From the NCBI GenBank assembly GCA_947575275.1, contig CANPMS010000007.1:12-64011 (forward strand): a stretch of DNA of 64,000 bases, written 5' to 3'. The first letter of the stretch is position 1. Each line of letters starts with the position of its first letter. Position numbers and translations under genes: made by a program. Shown one piece after another: positions 1 to 12,200 of this stretch. Origin of the DNA: an uncultured Clostridium sp. (GTDB taxonomy: Bacteria > Bacillota > Clostridia > Lachnospirales > Lachnospiraceae). A model generated the notes under the pieces. That model was not told where the DNA came from and did no database searches. It saw only the letters and a list, made by a program, of their open reading frames with translations.

Positions 1-37
1 GGGGATTACCTCCAGCACCAGCTTTGTCTACAGTCTG

Positions 38-72
38 AGTCAATTCATCTATCATATGAATTGACTTTTTTT
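38..72 (+). terminator. Rho-independent terminator of an upstream gene outside the window
   Basis: Perfect inverted repeat gtcaattcat (39-48) / atgaattgac (56-65), 7-nt loop, followed by a T-run at 66-72. Confidence 0.7.
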
Positions 73-83
73 ATTTTTATAGT

Positions 84-107
84 TAAAATAGTAAAATAGT
101 AAAATAG
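84..107. repeat. Three perfect tandem copies of the octamer TAAAATAG
   Basis: taaaatag at 84-91, 92-99 and 100-107, in the AT-rich region between the terminator and the giant ORF. Confidence 0.9.
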
Positions 108-203
108 ATAAATTATCCAATTATGGGGAAAATTACAAGAGAGAAGAAAGTTTCTTGAGAAAAAGGTCTTTGCAAAAAAACAGTGGTAGAAAGGGAAATG
201 GAC

Positions 204-3200
204 ATGAAAAACATAAGGAAAATGACAGCTTTCGTGTTATGTCTTCTGATGCTGCTTCCCACACAGGGAATAACGGCTCTTGCAGAAGCGGGGATCGGGG
301 AGCGCATCCGAATGACAATACCTTTGGAAGAAAGCGGAGAAGAAAAGGAAGAAGCAGTGATGCCGGAGCGCGTCAGCGCCGTCATGCTTCTGGAGCCGAT
401 GGAGGATACGGAAGGCTCTGCGGGAGAGAAAAAGGTCACTGTTACCCTGCCTCTGGAATTCGTAGAGACGGCTGTGGCATCAGCATCCGAGGCAGAGCAG
501 GAGTCTGCCCTGCGTCAGGGAGCGATTTACTGGAATCCCGGCGGAAGCCTTCCAGCAGAGCTTTTAGCCAGCGCTTCTGAAGCCTATGAGCAAACAGCGA
601 CATTTTCCAACAGCTTAACGGCTGCCACGGTTTCCAACGCCGCAAAGGGCAACGACCGCTCTGACGGACTGAGTCCGGAGCGTCCGGTAAAGAGCCTGGA
701 GACGGCGCTGCTCCGCGCCGATGAGCTGGCCCAGGAGGAGGGGCTTGACCGCTCCGACATTACCATTTATGCCATGAGCCCTATGGAAGTGGAAGACGGT
801 CATATGTATGTGCTGAACGGAGGCGGAGTCCGTATTGCCTCCTGGGACGGCAGGAGCTACTTAAATGACACAATCTTTTACCTGAACGGAGGTCAGCTTA
901 CCCTGATGAATGCCAGTCTGGAATCTGGCAGCAGCCAGGCAGATGCTGGGGAGAGCCAGTTAATCCATGTGGACGGAGGCGCGCTGCAGTTTGGCGCAGG
1001 CGTGGAGCTGGAGGGCCGGATTGTGATGGACTACCGCCAGACGAAGGAGCGGGCGGAGTGGGAGACAGCCACAGCGTCCGATGCAGCAAAGGCCACAGGC
1101 TCCTCCTGGACAGAGACCGGGGCGGGTAACGCAGGCTTTGACATCAATGACTATATTTTAAATACAGAGGAGGATGAGTGGGAGCTGCTGGAGGAAACCA
1201 GCAAAGAGAGCAGCTGGAGGGAGCCGATTATTCAGCTGGTTGAAGGTTTTGAGGGCTTCAGTAAAGCGTATCTTCTGGAGATCCGCGGGGAGGAGGATTT
1301 AAGTGCGGTGACCCTTGCCTGTACCCTTTACGCGGATGAAGTAAGCAATGAAGAATTTGAAAGCTTCTTCCAGATTAAGGACTTTTCCGGAGGACAGTGG
1401 AGCCTTCATTCTACCAGCCGGGAGGCGGCGATGGTGCATGACACTGGCACCGCGGACTTGGAGCGCTTTCTGGCGGAGATGAGAAGCGGTATATCCCCGC
1501 TCTCTCTTGAGGATGGAAGCGAAGCAGGCATGGCGGTTGACAGTGAACCGGCGGCTGACACAGACAGCAGCAGTGTAGCTGCTTCGGCGTCCACTCCCGC
1601 GGCGATAACGGTCAAGCAGCTTTCTGCGGTTCGCGGGGCAACCGGGCAGGCCACTTACTGGAATCCGGGACCGGAGTTTGTTTACGGGGGAACACTCTAT
1701 CCGGCGGGAAGCGATATTAACTACGACGGAAGCACGCCGGATACACCAGTACTGACCCTGGGAAGGGCTATGAACCTTGCTGCCTTCCGGGGTGGTTCCA
1801 TCATTGTGATGCAGACTCTGGAGTTTTCTGGCAGTGGCGATCGTGACCCGGTAAATTATCTGACCACTATGAGCGGCAACAGCATGTCTGCTGGTGCTGG
1901 TAATTTTGTTGTGGGCGGGGAAAACGGTTATATTCCCACGCTGAAGGTGTGGGATGTGACAAATGCGCCTGTTTTCCTGCTGAACAGTCCTGGTGGCACT
2001 CTTAAGTTGCAGAATATTAAATTCGAGGGTGTAACCAGCAGCAGCGGGCAGGAGATACTGGACAGACCGGCAATCTTGGATGCGCCCGATGGAAGCGGAC
2101 GGGGCGGACAGAAGCTGATAGTGGGCGATAATGTGACCGCTGAGACCGGATATATTGAGATACTGGCTGAAAATTATCGGACTCATCAGGAGAACACTGA
2201 CAGTTCCCTGAAGATTCAGGCGGACAGCATCACAAATGTCAATGTACACCTGTTCTATTCGGGCATCAATGATAACTCTTTGTATTGTTATATGGACGTG
2301 ATTGCCCCCACAGACACACTGCTTTCGCCCAATGCCACAGATGCCCAGAAGCAGGAGATGGGACAGAAGCTGATGGGCTGTTACCATCTGACCAGGCATA
2401 ATAAAAAGCCTGAACATGGCGGAAGCAGCTTATTTGACTGGACGTTAAGGCAGGATACGTCTGAGGACGGTCAGGTCAGACCTCAGAGGCTGGAGCTGCA
2501 TGCTCCGGATTGCAGCGCCTATGACGCAGTCTATCTGGATGTGGTTAACGGAAATGATAATAACCGGGGAAATGCTTGTGAGTATCCGGTAAAGACCTGG
2601 GCAAAGGCACGGGAAATCTGGGAACGGGAGATGACAAGAAGCGTTCAGGCGAGAACTGCGGCGATGCAGCAGAACCCGAATCTTTCACCAGAGAAGCTGA
2701 ATGAGAATTATCCCTGTCCGTCAACGATTTACATCTGCAGCACGGTGACGATAGCAGGCAGCGCAGTCTGGACGATGCCGGAGCGTGTTATGGATTGGGA
2801 CAACACGCCGATTTATCCGGAAATATCGTCCCATCTCATTGAGGGAACGGGAAGCAGGAGGCATACTGATCCCCAGACGCTGATAACAGTAGGAAACGGC
2901 AGCAGTCTGACCCTGGAGAACGTGAAGATTCGAAACGCTTCAGATAAAACCGGCAATACCACCATCCGTGTGTCGGGAGGAGCCCTGCTTTTGAGGGGAA
3001 CCACAACCCTGACCGGAGAGCGGCTGGCAGCGCCCGGTATAGAAGCAAAGGAAGTGACGCGGGGGATTCATGTGGAGGCAGTGTCCGGCTCTTCTGTTAC
3101 GATGGATACCGGATGGAGCGGAAGCATAGAGAATACTCAGCAGGGAATTGTGGCAACAGGCAGCGGCACCACGGTTACCATGGGCGGCGGAACGATCCGA

Positions 3201-6200
3201 AGGAACAACTCCTATGACCCTGAAGTTATAGAGAATGCCCAGAAGAAAGGGGGAGGCATTATTGTAAGCGGCGGGGCGGAGTTTACGATGAATGGAGGAA
3301 GCATATCGCAAAACAAAGCCTGGGCCTACGGAGGCGGAGTGTACGTGTCAGGCAACGGAAGCAAGTTTACAATGAATGGCGGCTCTTCCGTCTCTGACAA
3401 CGGGGTCTCTGATAATACAACAGCCGGGGAAACCCTTAAAAAGACAAATGTTGCGGAAAATGCCTACGGTGTGGGAATTTTTGGAGAACAGGACACCACC
3501 ATCACCATCGGTGAGCAGAATGGCAGCTCTCCGGCAGTGGTCAGCAACAATAAGGGCTATGCAGGCTACGGAATGGGAGTCTGCTCCTACGGTACGCTTT
3601 ACATTAATTATGCCCAGATTAAAGATAACCGGGGAGACACCACCTTTAACGGCAGTGAGAATAATGGTTCACAAAGCCCTCAGTATGCTGTGTATGGAGT
3701 GGGGGTCAGTGTGCTGGAGAACGGACGACTGGTTCTGAGAAAAGCACAGATTATGGGCAACCGGGTACAGAGACCGGACGCAATCCCCGACACCGAGCTT
3801 TCATCGTACTATGAGAGAGCATATGGAGCAGGAGTCTATCTTGGGGATTGTCCGAACAGAGACACAGTGGGGATTCAAGACAGTGTTATAACGGATAACA
3901 GGAGCGGGCTTACATATACGGACGATAACGGGGAGCCGGGCAGCCTGGGTGGAGGAATCTATCTGGGGGAAAACAGGTGGATGATGCTGAATAATTCCAC
4001 TATTTCCCGAAACCGCGCTGGGGATGGGGCAGGAATCTACGCCAAAGGAGAGGATGCGTATATTAGTGGGTGCACGATCGAAGAAAATGCGGCAACCTTT
4101 TCCCCGGCTGCATCGGAGACTCCTGTACCGGAACATCTGCGCACTGGTGGAGTTAAGATAATAACAGAATACAGAAGTGGAACCGCCGTTTTGGATGACT
4201 GCTTTGTCAGCAGTAATAAGGGAGTAGGAGTCTATGGCGGGGTATTGAATTTCCAGATTCATGGAAGCAATGTCCGGACGACGATTTCGGGGAACACAGG
4301 AACAGGAGTCGTGAGAGAGTTTGCTGATGATGGTGTTTGTCTTTTTCTATGCAATAACATAGAGGTTTCCCAGAACGGGAACGGCGGGGTTCGGGCAAAC
4401 AATGGCAAGCTAGGGTTTTTGGACGTGGAGATTAAAGAGAATAGAGGAGAGTACGGAGCAGGGCTCACCATAGAGGGATCAGCACCCTGGACTGCGGTTT
4501 ACCCAGGAACGGGATCAATGTCAGGGCCACAGGTTTTGCTTAGAAATGTAAGCATAACAAATAATAATGCCATCAAGAATGGCGGAGGAGTTTATATAGA
4601 TAACGGAACTTCCCATGTTTGTTTTACCAATGTGCGTGTAAATGGGAATACCGCTGCGGGAGATGGCGGGGGAGTTTATATAGGCAGCAGCAGCAGACAA
4701 AAGATTTACTGGACCCAAGATAATGGGGGGACTTCCACGCTTCAGGGTAACAGCGCGAAGCGGGGAGGAGGAATCTATCGGGAGAAACTGAATGAGCCTT
4801 ATGCAGGGGAGAATGCCCATCTGCTTGTCTATGAGATTCCTTCGGGCACCGGAAACACGGCTAAGGAACAAGGGAAGGATTTGTATCTGAGGGAAGGCGG
4901 ATTGTATCTGCTGGATGGAATCTTTGCAGCCAAGGAGGGTGAGAAATACGGTATTTATCTGGATGTACAAAGCGGAGGAGCCAAAAACCATATTAACTTC
5001 AAAAAAATCGGGGATAAACTTGGCAGTATCTGCCTGAATACGGCGGATTCGGCTCTGTCGTGTCTGGCGGCTCCAAATGCGGGCAGCGGGGTAATGGGTA
5101 AAATCCATTTGAATGAGAGCAATTTTCAACCGGGAAGCGTGGTGCTTAAGCCGGTGAATCAGACTTCGCTTGGCGTTTATATGGCAGTTCCCGGCCTTGC
5201 TTCTGGGACGGTGACCAGCAACTTTCACCTTGGCAACCTCCGCACTGATACATACTCTTTGAAGGATGCAAGCACCGGTCTTGATCTCTTGAGTCCAGGG
5301 AAGCTGCCCAGGAGAACCCAGCTTACCAAGGCACAGGATCCCGCTAACAACCAGCTTACCAATGTGATTCTGCAGGGTGAGGGCGTTTACCTGTCCGGAA
5401 CGGGAGATGACAATCATTCCGGAACCAGTCCGGATCAGCCGGTGAAAACCTTTGAGAAAGCGAAATCGGTTCTCAGGGAGCAAATCAATGGGAAGAGCAC
5501 AAGTCCGGACGGCTATGCGCCTTATATCTATATCTGCGATACGGTTAATCTGAACGGAAACCAAACGTGGGAGATGGATGGCACGGATACGCTCTATACC
5601 GTTACCAATGCAGCTTTTAAAACTTCGGAGCAGCAAGCCAACCCGAATGTGGACGAGGAGGATCTGCAGCCGCAGCTGCGCCGGTATGGGGCGTGTGTGA
5701 ACAAGCCGATGATTACTGTGGAGAACGGTGCGGTTACGATGAATAAGATTATCATCGATGGAATGGCCCATGCGGTAGGCGGCGCCACGCCCGGGTCAAA
5801 CCCGGTAATCCAGGTGCTGCAGGGAGGCAGTATGACCCTGACCGGTGAAGCTCAGGTGCGCAATAACAGGGGCACCGGTATCCAGGTTCAGGGAAATGGA
5901 AGTCTGACGCTGAATGGAAATCAGGGAGAGACCAATGCCCAGCTGAAGGATATTGACGGCGCCGCAGTGGAGCTGGCAGGAGAATTAGACTCAACTACCC
6001 TGGGATGGCTCGGCAGCCTGACGATGAATGGATATTCCGGCATTGTCTCAGAACGGAGGAGGGTAGACCCCGGCTCTGGTCAGCCTGCGAACCGGATTGG
6101 GGTGAAGGTAAGCGGGAAGGGCGTAGCTGTCAGGATGAATGGAAACAGTTCCATCAGGGCAGAGGATGCTGCCGTTTTCCATACGGGAGTAAGCTTTCCC

Positions 6201-9200
6201 TATGTCTTTACCCACGGAAAACACCAGGCTCCAAATTGGGGGGATTCTATCAAGGGTCAGCTGGTGGACAAATTGGAGATGCTGGGAAATTCCAGGATTG
6301 AAAACTGCGAAACAGGAGTGTATGTAGCCCAGGACTTTGTAGCTGTTATGATGAATGGGACAATAGATTACACACCTGAAGGTTATGTCACCCATCAGGC
6401 CAGCGGCAATGCTTCAGATTCTGCCAAAATCAAGGTTGCAAACACCGGCAGCGATGTGCGCGGGATTTGGTCTGACAGCATTGAAGGCACTATGATTGAG
6501 ATGCATCATCAGGCTAAAATTTATAGAGAAGACAGCGCAAATCCTTCTGTCAGGGAAGGTCGTGGCATTGTCTATACATTTCCTGAGGAGCATAAAGGGG
6601 ATCTGGTAGCAGATGCAAATCGTTTTTATAATAACTGGTTAAATATGAAAGACACCTGCATGATTTCGGGTTTTAGTATAGGAATCGATAATCTTGCAAT
6701 AGATTTAGCAGGCGGCGACCAGGGGTGTGGCCAGATTATCAACAACAGAACAGGAGTAAGGGTGGATCAGCGCTCCCTTGCAGGCACAAATTTCCGCGGA
6801 ACCAGCTCCTTTATTCCTGGCGGCGGCGTTATCAGCGATAATGATGAGTGGGGAATTCAGGTAATCCACAGCCAGGGAAAACTTGAAGTAGGTAATCAAA
6901 GGGCAATCCGGGGCAACGGCTACGGCGGTATACAGCTGGGAGAGCATCCCGCAGGTAAAACCTCAGAGATTATTATCAGGGATAGCGGCTGCATTGAGAA
7001 CAATGGCGTCAACCGTCCCGCCGGAGGTGGAGGAGGAACCGGGATTGAGACAGTCGGTCTTCCGGGCGGCTCTGCCGGTTCGAGCCTGGCGTGGAGCATC
7101 ACTCTTCAGGATACTGCGGCGGTCAAGAATAATCATTTAGCTCAAAACCAGAGCCGGTCAGAGATTTACATAAATGCGGAGAGTACGCTGGAGCTGAAGG
7201 ATACCGCTTCGGTTGTGTCAGATGTATCTATGCAGCATGCAGACGCTTCAGCAATTCATGCTGAGGGTCAGCTTACCATGGCGGGCACAGTGTCCGTGGA
7301 AGGAAAAATCCATCTGACGAACCCGGCTTACCCCATTAAACTGACCATGCCGGTATCTGGGGGGAAATCCTACTCCCTGTGGCTTGCGGAGGTCTTTCTG
7401 GGTGAAAATGTGGTGGTTCCTGCTCCAACTCTGACGAGCGCTGCGCCGTATCAGACCAATTTTGTTAATGCTCAGGCAGAGGGACTGGCAAGCGGGAAGA
7501 GCATTGTGGCCCAGGGGAACAATCTGATGCTGGCAGGAGAGAATAACGTCTATCTGTCAGGAACAGGAGATGATAAGAACAATGGAAGAAGTCCGTCCAT
7601 GGCGGTACGCACCTTCCACCGGGCAAAAGAATTGCTTACAACAGAGGACTTTACATCCGGAGCCAATATCATCATTGTTCAGCAGGTTACCATTGGAAGC
7701 TGGAGGGATGCAGCCGGTGTATTGAAGCCGGATAATGACTGGTCCTTTGGCGCCAACGGAACAGTGCAAAATAACAAAAACGAAACCTGGGCACCCCTTG
7801 TGCAGCGTTATGACGGATATAAAGGGACCATGATTGGCGTACAGTCGGGGGACAATGTAACGTTTAAAAATATTGTGATTGACGGTAATAAAGCAAATGT
7901 GGCAGATTCTGATTCCGAAATGATAAGCATTTCCGGCGGCGGAAAGGCAGTGCTGGGAACGGGAGCCGTGGTACAGAACGGAAAACGCACTTCCGGTGAC
8001 ATTGCCGCGTCCAAAACGGCGGGAATCCTGGTAAGTGGGGGAACCTTGGAGATGAACGGCGGAACCATCCTTGGGATGGAGCTGGAGGTGACAGGGGGAG
8101 CTGCGTCCGCTCCAATGGCAAGCGCATTATACTGCAATAATCCTGCAGGCAGCGCTTCAGGGCAGGTGTTGTTTAAGACAGGCGAGATTCGTGAGAATCA
8201 GGTAAGCTTACAGTCCGGATCCGGGGCGGCGGTAGTCGTTGCAGGAAAAGGCCAGTTGGATATGACTGGAGGAACTATTAAACAAAATACTACTACGTTT
8301 ACAGACAATGGGAGTGCTGAAAATTACGGCGGCGCACTGGTGGTCAATGATGCTTTTGCGGACATAGGCTATGGAGTTATCCAGAATAATACGGGAGGAA
8401 AGGCGGGCGCAATCTATTACCGCTCTTCCCTGACGGAGGATACCGGTTTTATCAGACTGTCTGGCGGCAGCATCAGCGGAAATACCGGCACAGACAATGC
8501 TTACGGGATTTATGTGGGCGGCAGGAACTTTTATCTGGAGGGTTCAGCCTGCGATATTCAGGATGTAATTTACCTGTCTGACTCCCGCTCTCCGGTGATT
8601 GTCAGCGGCGATATGTATGATACGGCTCTCAGTTATAAGCTGTTGCTGAATCATGGGTCAGAACCGAATCAGTATCATAAAGGAAGCGTGGTGGTGGAGC
8701 CGGACGGCAAAAGGGTCACGGATGTGGCAGGAAGCTTAGCTTATTTTAAACTGGTATCCAGCGCTTATACGATTGACCAGGGACGATCCAGTGATATTGC
8801 CGGGCAGCACGCAAATGTTTCTGAGGATCGTTGTCTGGTTCTGACCAAATCAGTATTTATCAATGGTCAGGCGGGAGATGATGCCAATAGCGGACTTACT
8901 CCGTCGGCAGCGGTGAAGACCTTTGCCAGGGCAAAAGAGATCGGTGAGCAAGTTGACGGAGGACAGCCGGGCTACTATGTAATCTACGTTTGCGGAGCGG
9001 TTGCCAATACGACCGCGGAAACCTGGGAGCTTCCAAATACGGCATACATGTGCCGCTATACAGGCTTTGACGTGTATGATCCCAACGGTGCCGGCGCTAC
9101 AACTGAAAGGTATAACGCCTATCACGGAACGCTGATTCAGCCGGAGGCCAATCTTACGATACAGAATATGGCAGTGTCTGGGCGGCGGATCTTTGATTCT

Positions 9201-12200
9201 CCTCTCTGCAACGGAGACAGTTTAATTGCTGTTAAGGAGAATGTGGAGGTGGTGCTGGAGCCAGGAGCGATTCTGGGACTGAACAACAACACAGGCAGTT
9301 ACATGGATTTGGAATCAGAACAGTATGTGCCTCTTTCCGGTGAGGGTGGAGCTGTCCGCATTGCTGCGGGAGGAATACTCCGTATGAACGGCGGAAGAAT
9401 CACGGAAACCGATGCTGCAATAGGAGCCTCAATCTTTGTGGAGGCAAGCGGGACGAACGATGCCGGAAACGGACATTTGTACCTGAATAACAGTCCTGCC
9501 ATCGACGGATGGGTTTATCTGGATGGAACCGGCACAGCCACGGCTGCCTATGTGGAGCCGCAGACCGGGTACGCACCGGCAGCAGCGCTTCAGATTTCCC
9601 TGAAAAATGATTACAACGGGCGTACCTGTGTGAAGTACCCTGATGGTATCACAGTGGGGGCAGCAGAGATGGAGCATTTTGTCTTTGAGGATTCCATTGT
9701 GGGATTGTATGAGATTATCAGCAACGGCAGCAGAATTGAGCTACAGCAGAGGAATGCCATCTATCTGGACGGTATAAACGGAAATGACACCTACAACGGC
9801 CAGACTCCTGAAACGGCGGTTAAGAGCCTGAAGGGAGTATATCAGCGCATCCAGGCATTACAGCAGGCAAACCCGAATAGTAATGCTGCAGGAACTGTGG
9901 TCTATGTGGTTGATACGGTGAGTATTCCAGTGTCTAAGCGCACGGTGCTCCGCAATGTGAGGAAGAGGGATGAAATTACCGATAAATCTTATTATGAAGG
10001 GGTATACCAGGAGTACGATAATACCAGCACCCTGACTTCGACGATTGAAGTAAGAGGGCAGGTGTACTTTAAGCGCTATTCCCAGCCGAGGGACTACAAT
10101 GGCGGAAACAACACTTACAGCGGGTACAACAAGTCCACACTGCTGAATGAACTGTTTAACGTGGGTTCAGGCTCTACTCTGGAGCTTTGGGGGATGTACC
10201 TTGACGGTCATTCTCAGGAGACCGTCAGCACAAATCCCCTGTATGATGCAAAGGCAGTGGAAGCTCAGGCGCCGCTGGTGTCTGCAGAGGGTGAACTGAT
10301 CTGTGGGTCTATGGGCGAGAAAGGTGAGCTTACTTCTACCCCGATGACATTTGCCAACAATGTGAATATCAGGGATAAGAGCACAGAGGGGGGCGTCAGC
10401 ATCGGTCAGCTCAATGGGGCAGCTCTCTACGCGGGTTCTGCTGCAGGCATCGAGCTTTTTGAAGGAGCCGGTAATCTGGATGGAAAATGCAGCCTGAACG
10501 GTGTGGAATTCCGGAATTTGAAGCTGGGAGAGAATGTGACTGCAGGCGCAACGGATATTTATTACTTTGGAAGGGAGCTTCACGTTAAGAACCAGACCAC
10601 GTTTGGAGGAAGCGTATTTTTGGAGGGCTGGGGAAACACTACAAATGATGCGGCCCGCAGAAGCAGCAGGTTTATAACAGTGGATCTGTATGGAACACCG
10701 GTGACGGAAACGTTTGATGTGCTGATCCGTGACCCATACAACCGGCGCAAGGTGGTGGAGTATCCTGCCAGCAATCCATCAGGACCGGCAGATACGCAGA
10801 TAAAAAGCTATCGGATGGGTGAGGGTACAAGAGAGTACTACCATCTGGTAAAGAACGACACAGAGAAGCATGTGCTGGAGCTGGCAATTTCACAGCAGCT
10901 ATACATTGACGGTGTAAATGGGGATGATACTGCCTCAGGACTTACTCCCGATTCTCCGATCAGGACTTTAAAGCGTGCGTATCAGCTTTTGAACAGAAAT
11001 GCGGCAAGCACCATCTTTGTGGTAAATACGGTTACAATCGACAGTGATATGACTTTGGACAGAAACGCATACAGCAGCGGAGCCGGTGAAACGGTCCGAT
11101 TGCTCGACGCTCCAACAGTCAGGCTGACACGGTATATTCAGCCCGACTTTGCCCGTAATAATCAGAACCAGGCACAGGCGCAGGGCTATACAAAAGGCGA
11201 CTTTAAAGGAAAGCTGATTGAGGTTGCAGATGGAAATACCCTGAGCCTTGGAGAAGGAATGATTGTAGACGGACACAGCCGGCAGTGGATTGATGAGTCT
11301 TTGCCGGAGGAGCTTCGGGTATCACGGGCAGGTGAGGCAGAAGCGCCATTGATTTTTGTGCAGAGCGGAGGAATGCTGGAATTGCTGGAAGGCTCAGAGC
11401 TTCGGTACAACAATAATACCTTTGATAGTACGGCTGCGCAGCCAGGTGCGGCAGGAAGCGAAGGAGGAGCGGTTTACAACAGAGGAGCCGTGACGGTAAG
11501 CGGAGCAGTGTTTACAGAAAACCAGGCAATGAAGGGAGAGGCGGCCTACCAGGAAGGAATCTTCACAATCCAGAGCGGAGTGAGGGGATTGGAGGGGCAG
11601 GGCTTCTATCTGGCATCCACAGAGACCGGAGGCGTATGGACTGACCACGCACTCCGTCTGGGAGAAAAGATGCCGGACGCTCCCATGATGACGCTGAAGC
11701 TGGAGATGGATCATGCGGAACCTGGCAGAGAGGTAATCCGCTTTACAGATGCAGGCGCATATCCCACAGGGGCCGATGCAGAGCATAAATATTTCATCCT
11801 GGGAGATACAGTGCCAATGGGGCTGTTCCTGGTGGAGTCTGAGAACGACGGTTCAGTGCTGGAGCTGCAGGATTGGAAGATCCTGAAGGTGGAAGTGCCA
11901 CAGGACATCTATCTGGCGATGGTACATACGACAGATAACCTGGAACTCGGTACGATTGTGGGTGATGGGGAAGATATGTTTGGCTCGCCGGAGTATGAAA
12001 TTAGGAATACAGGCAGCTATGACGTGAAGATATTCATAAGTGGCATGGACAGCGATGCCAGTGTGACCTCAGGTATCAATCTGAAGAGTACGGCGGCAGA
12101 GGTCCTAGGAGAGGACGATCTGTATCTGGCAGTCGAAGGAGCGGATACGGACGCCGGCAATGGTCTGACGTTTGGTGAAACGGCGCTGCTGACCCAGGGA

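Noticed and set aside
84-107. Octamer repeats as a possible CRISPR or minisatellite
   Set aside because: The units are contiguous with no spacers and span only 24 nt. I report them only as a short tandem repeat.
155-580. 141-aa plus-strand ORF in an alternative frame overlapping the start of the giant gene
   Set aside because: The translation is Arg/Gly/Ser-rich junk. The neighbouring frame carries a textbook signal peptide and continues for 12 kb.
1299-2417. 372-aa ORF on the minus strand inside the giant gene
   Set aside because: It is antisense to a strongly supported coding frame. The translation is low-complexity (Arg/Ser/His-rich) with no motifs, no RBS and no promoter. This is the typical shadow ORF of a GC-balanced long gene.
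4521-5771. 416-aa ORF on the minus strand inside the giant gene
   Set aside because: Same reasoning: a shadow ORF opposite the beta-helix coding frame, with no recognisable domain or translation signals.
9030-9044. LPNTA sequence in the giant protein resembling a sortase sorting motif
   Set aside because: It lies about 1100 aa from the C-terminus and is not followed by a hydrophobic helix plus a basic tail, so it is not a sorting signal.
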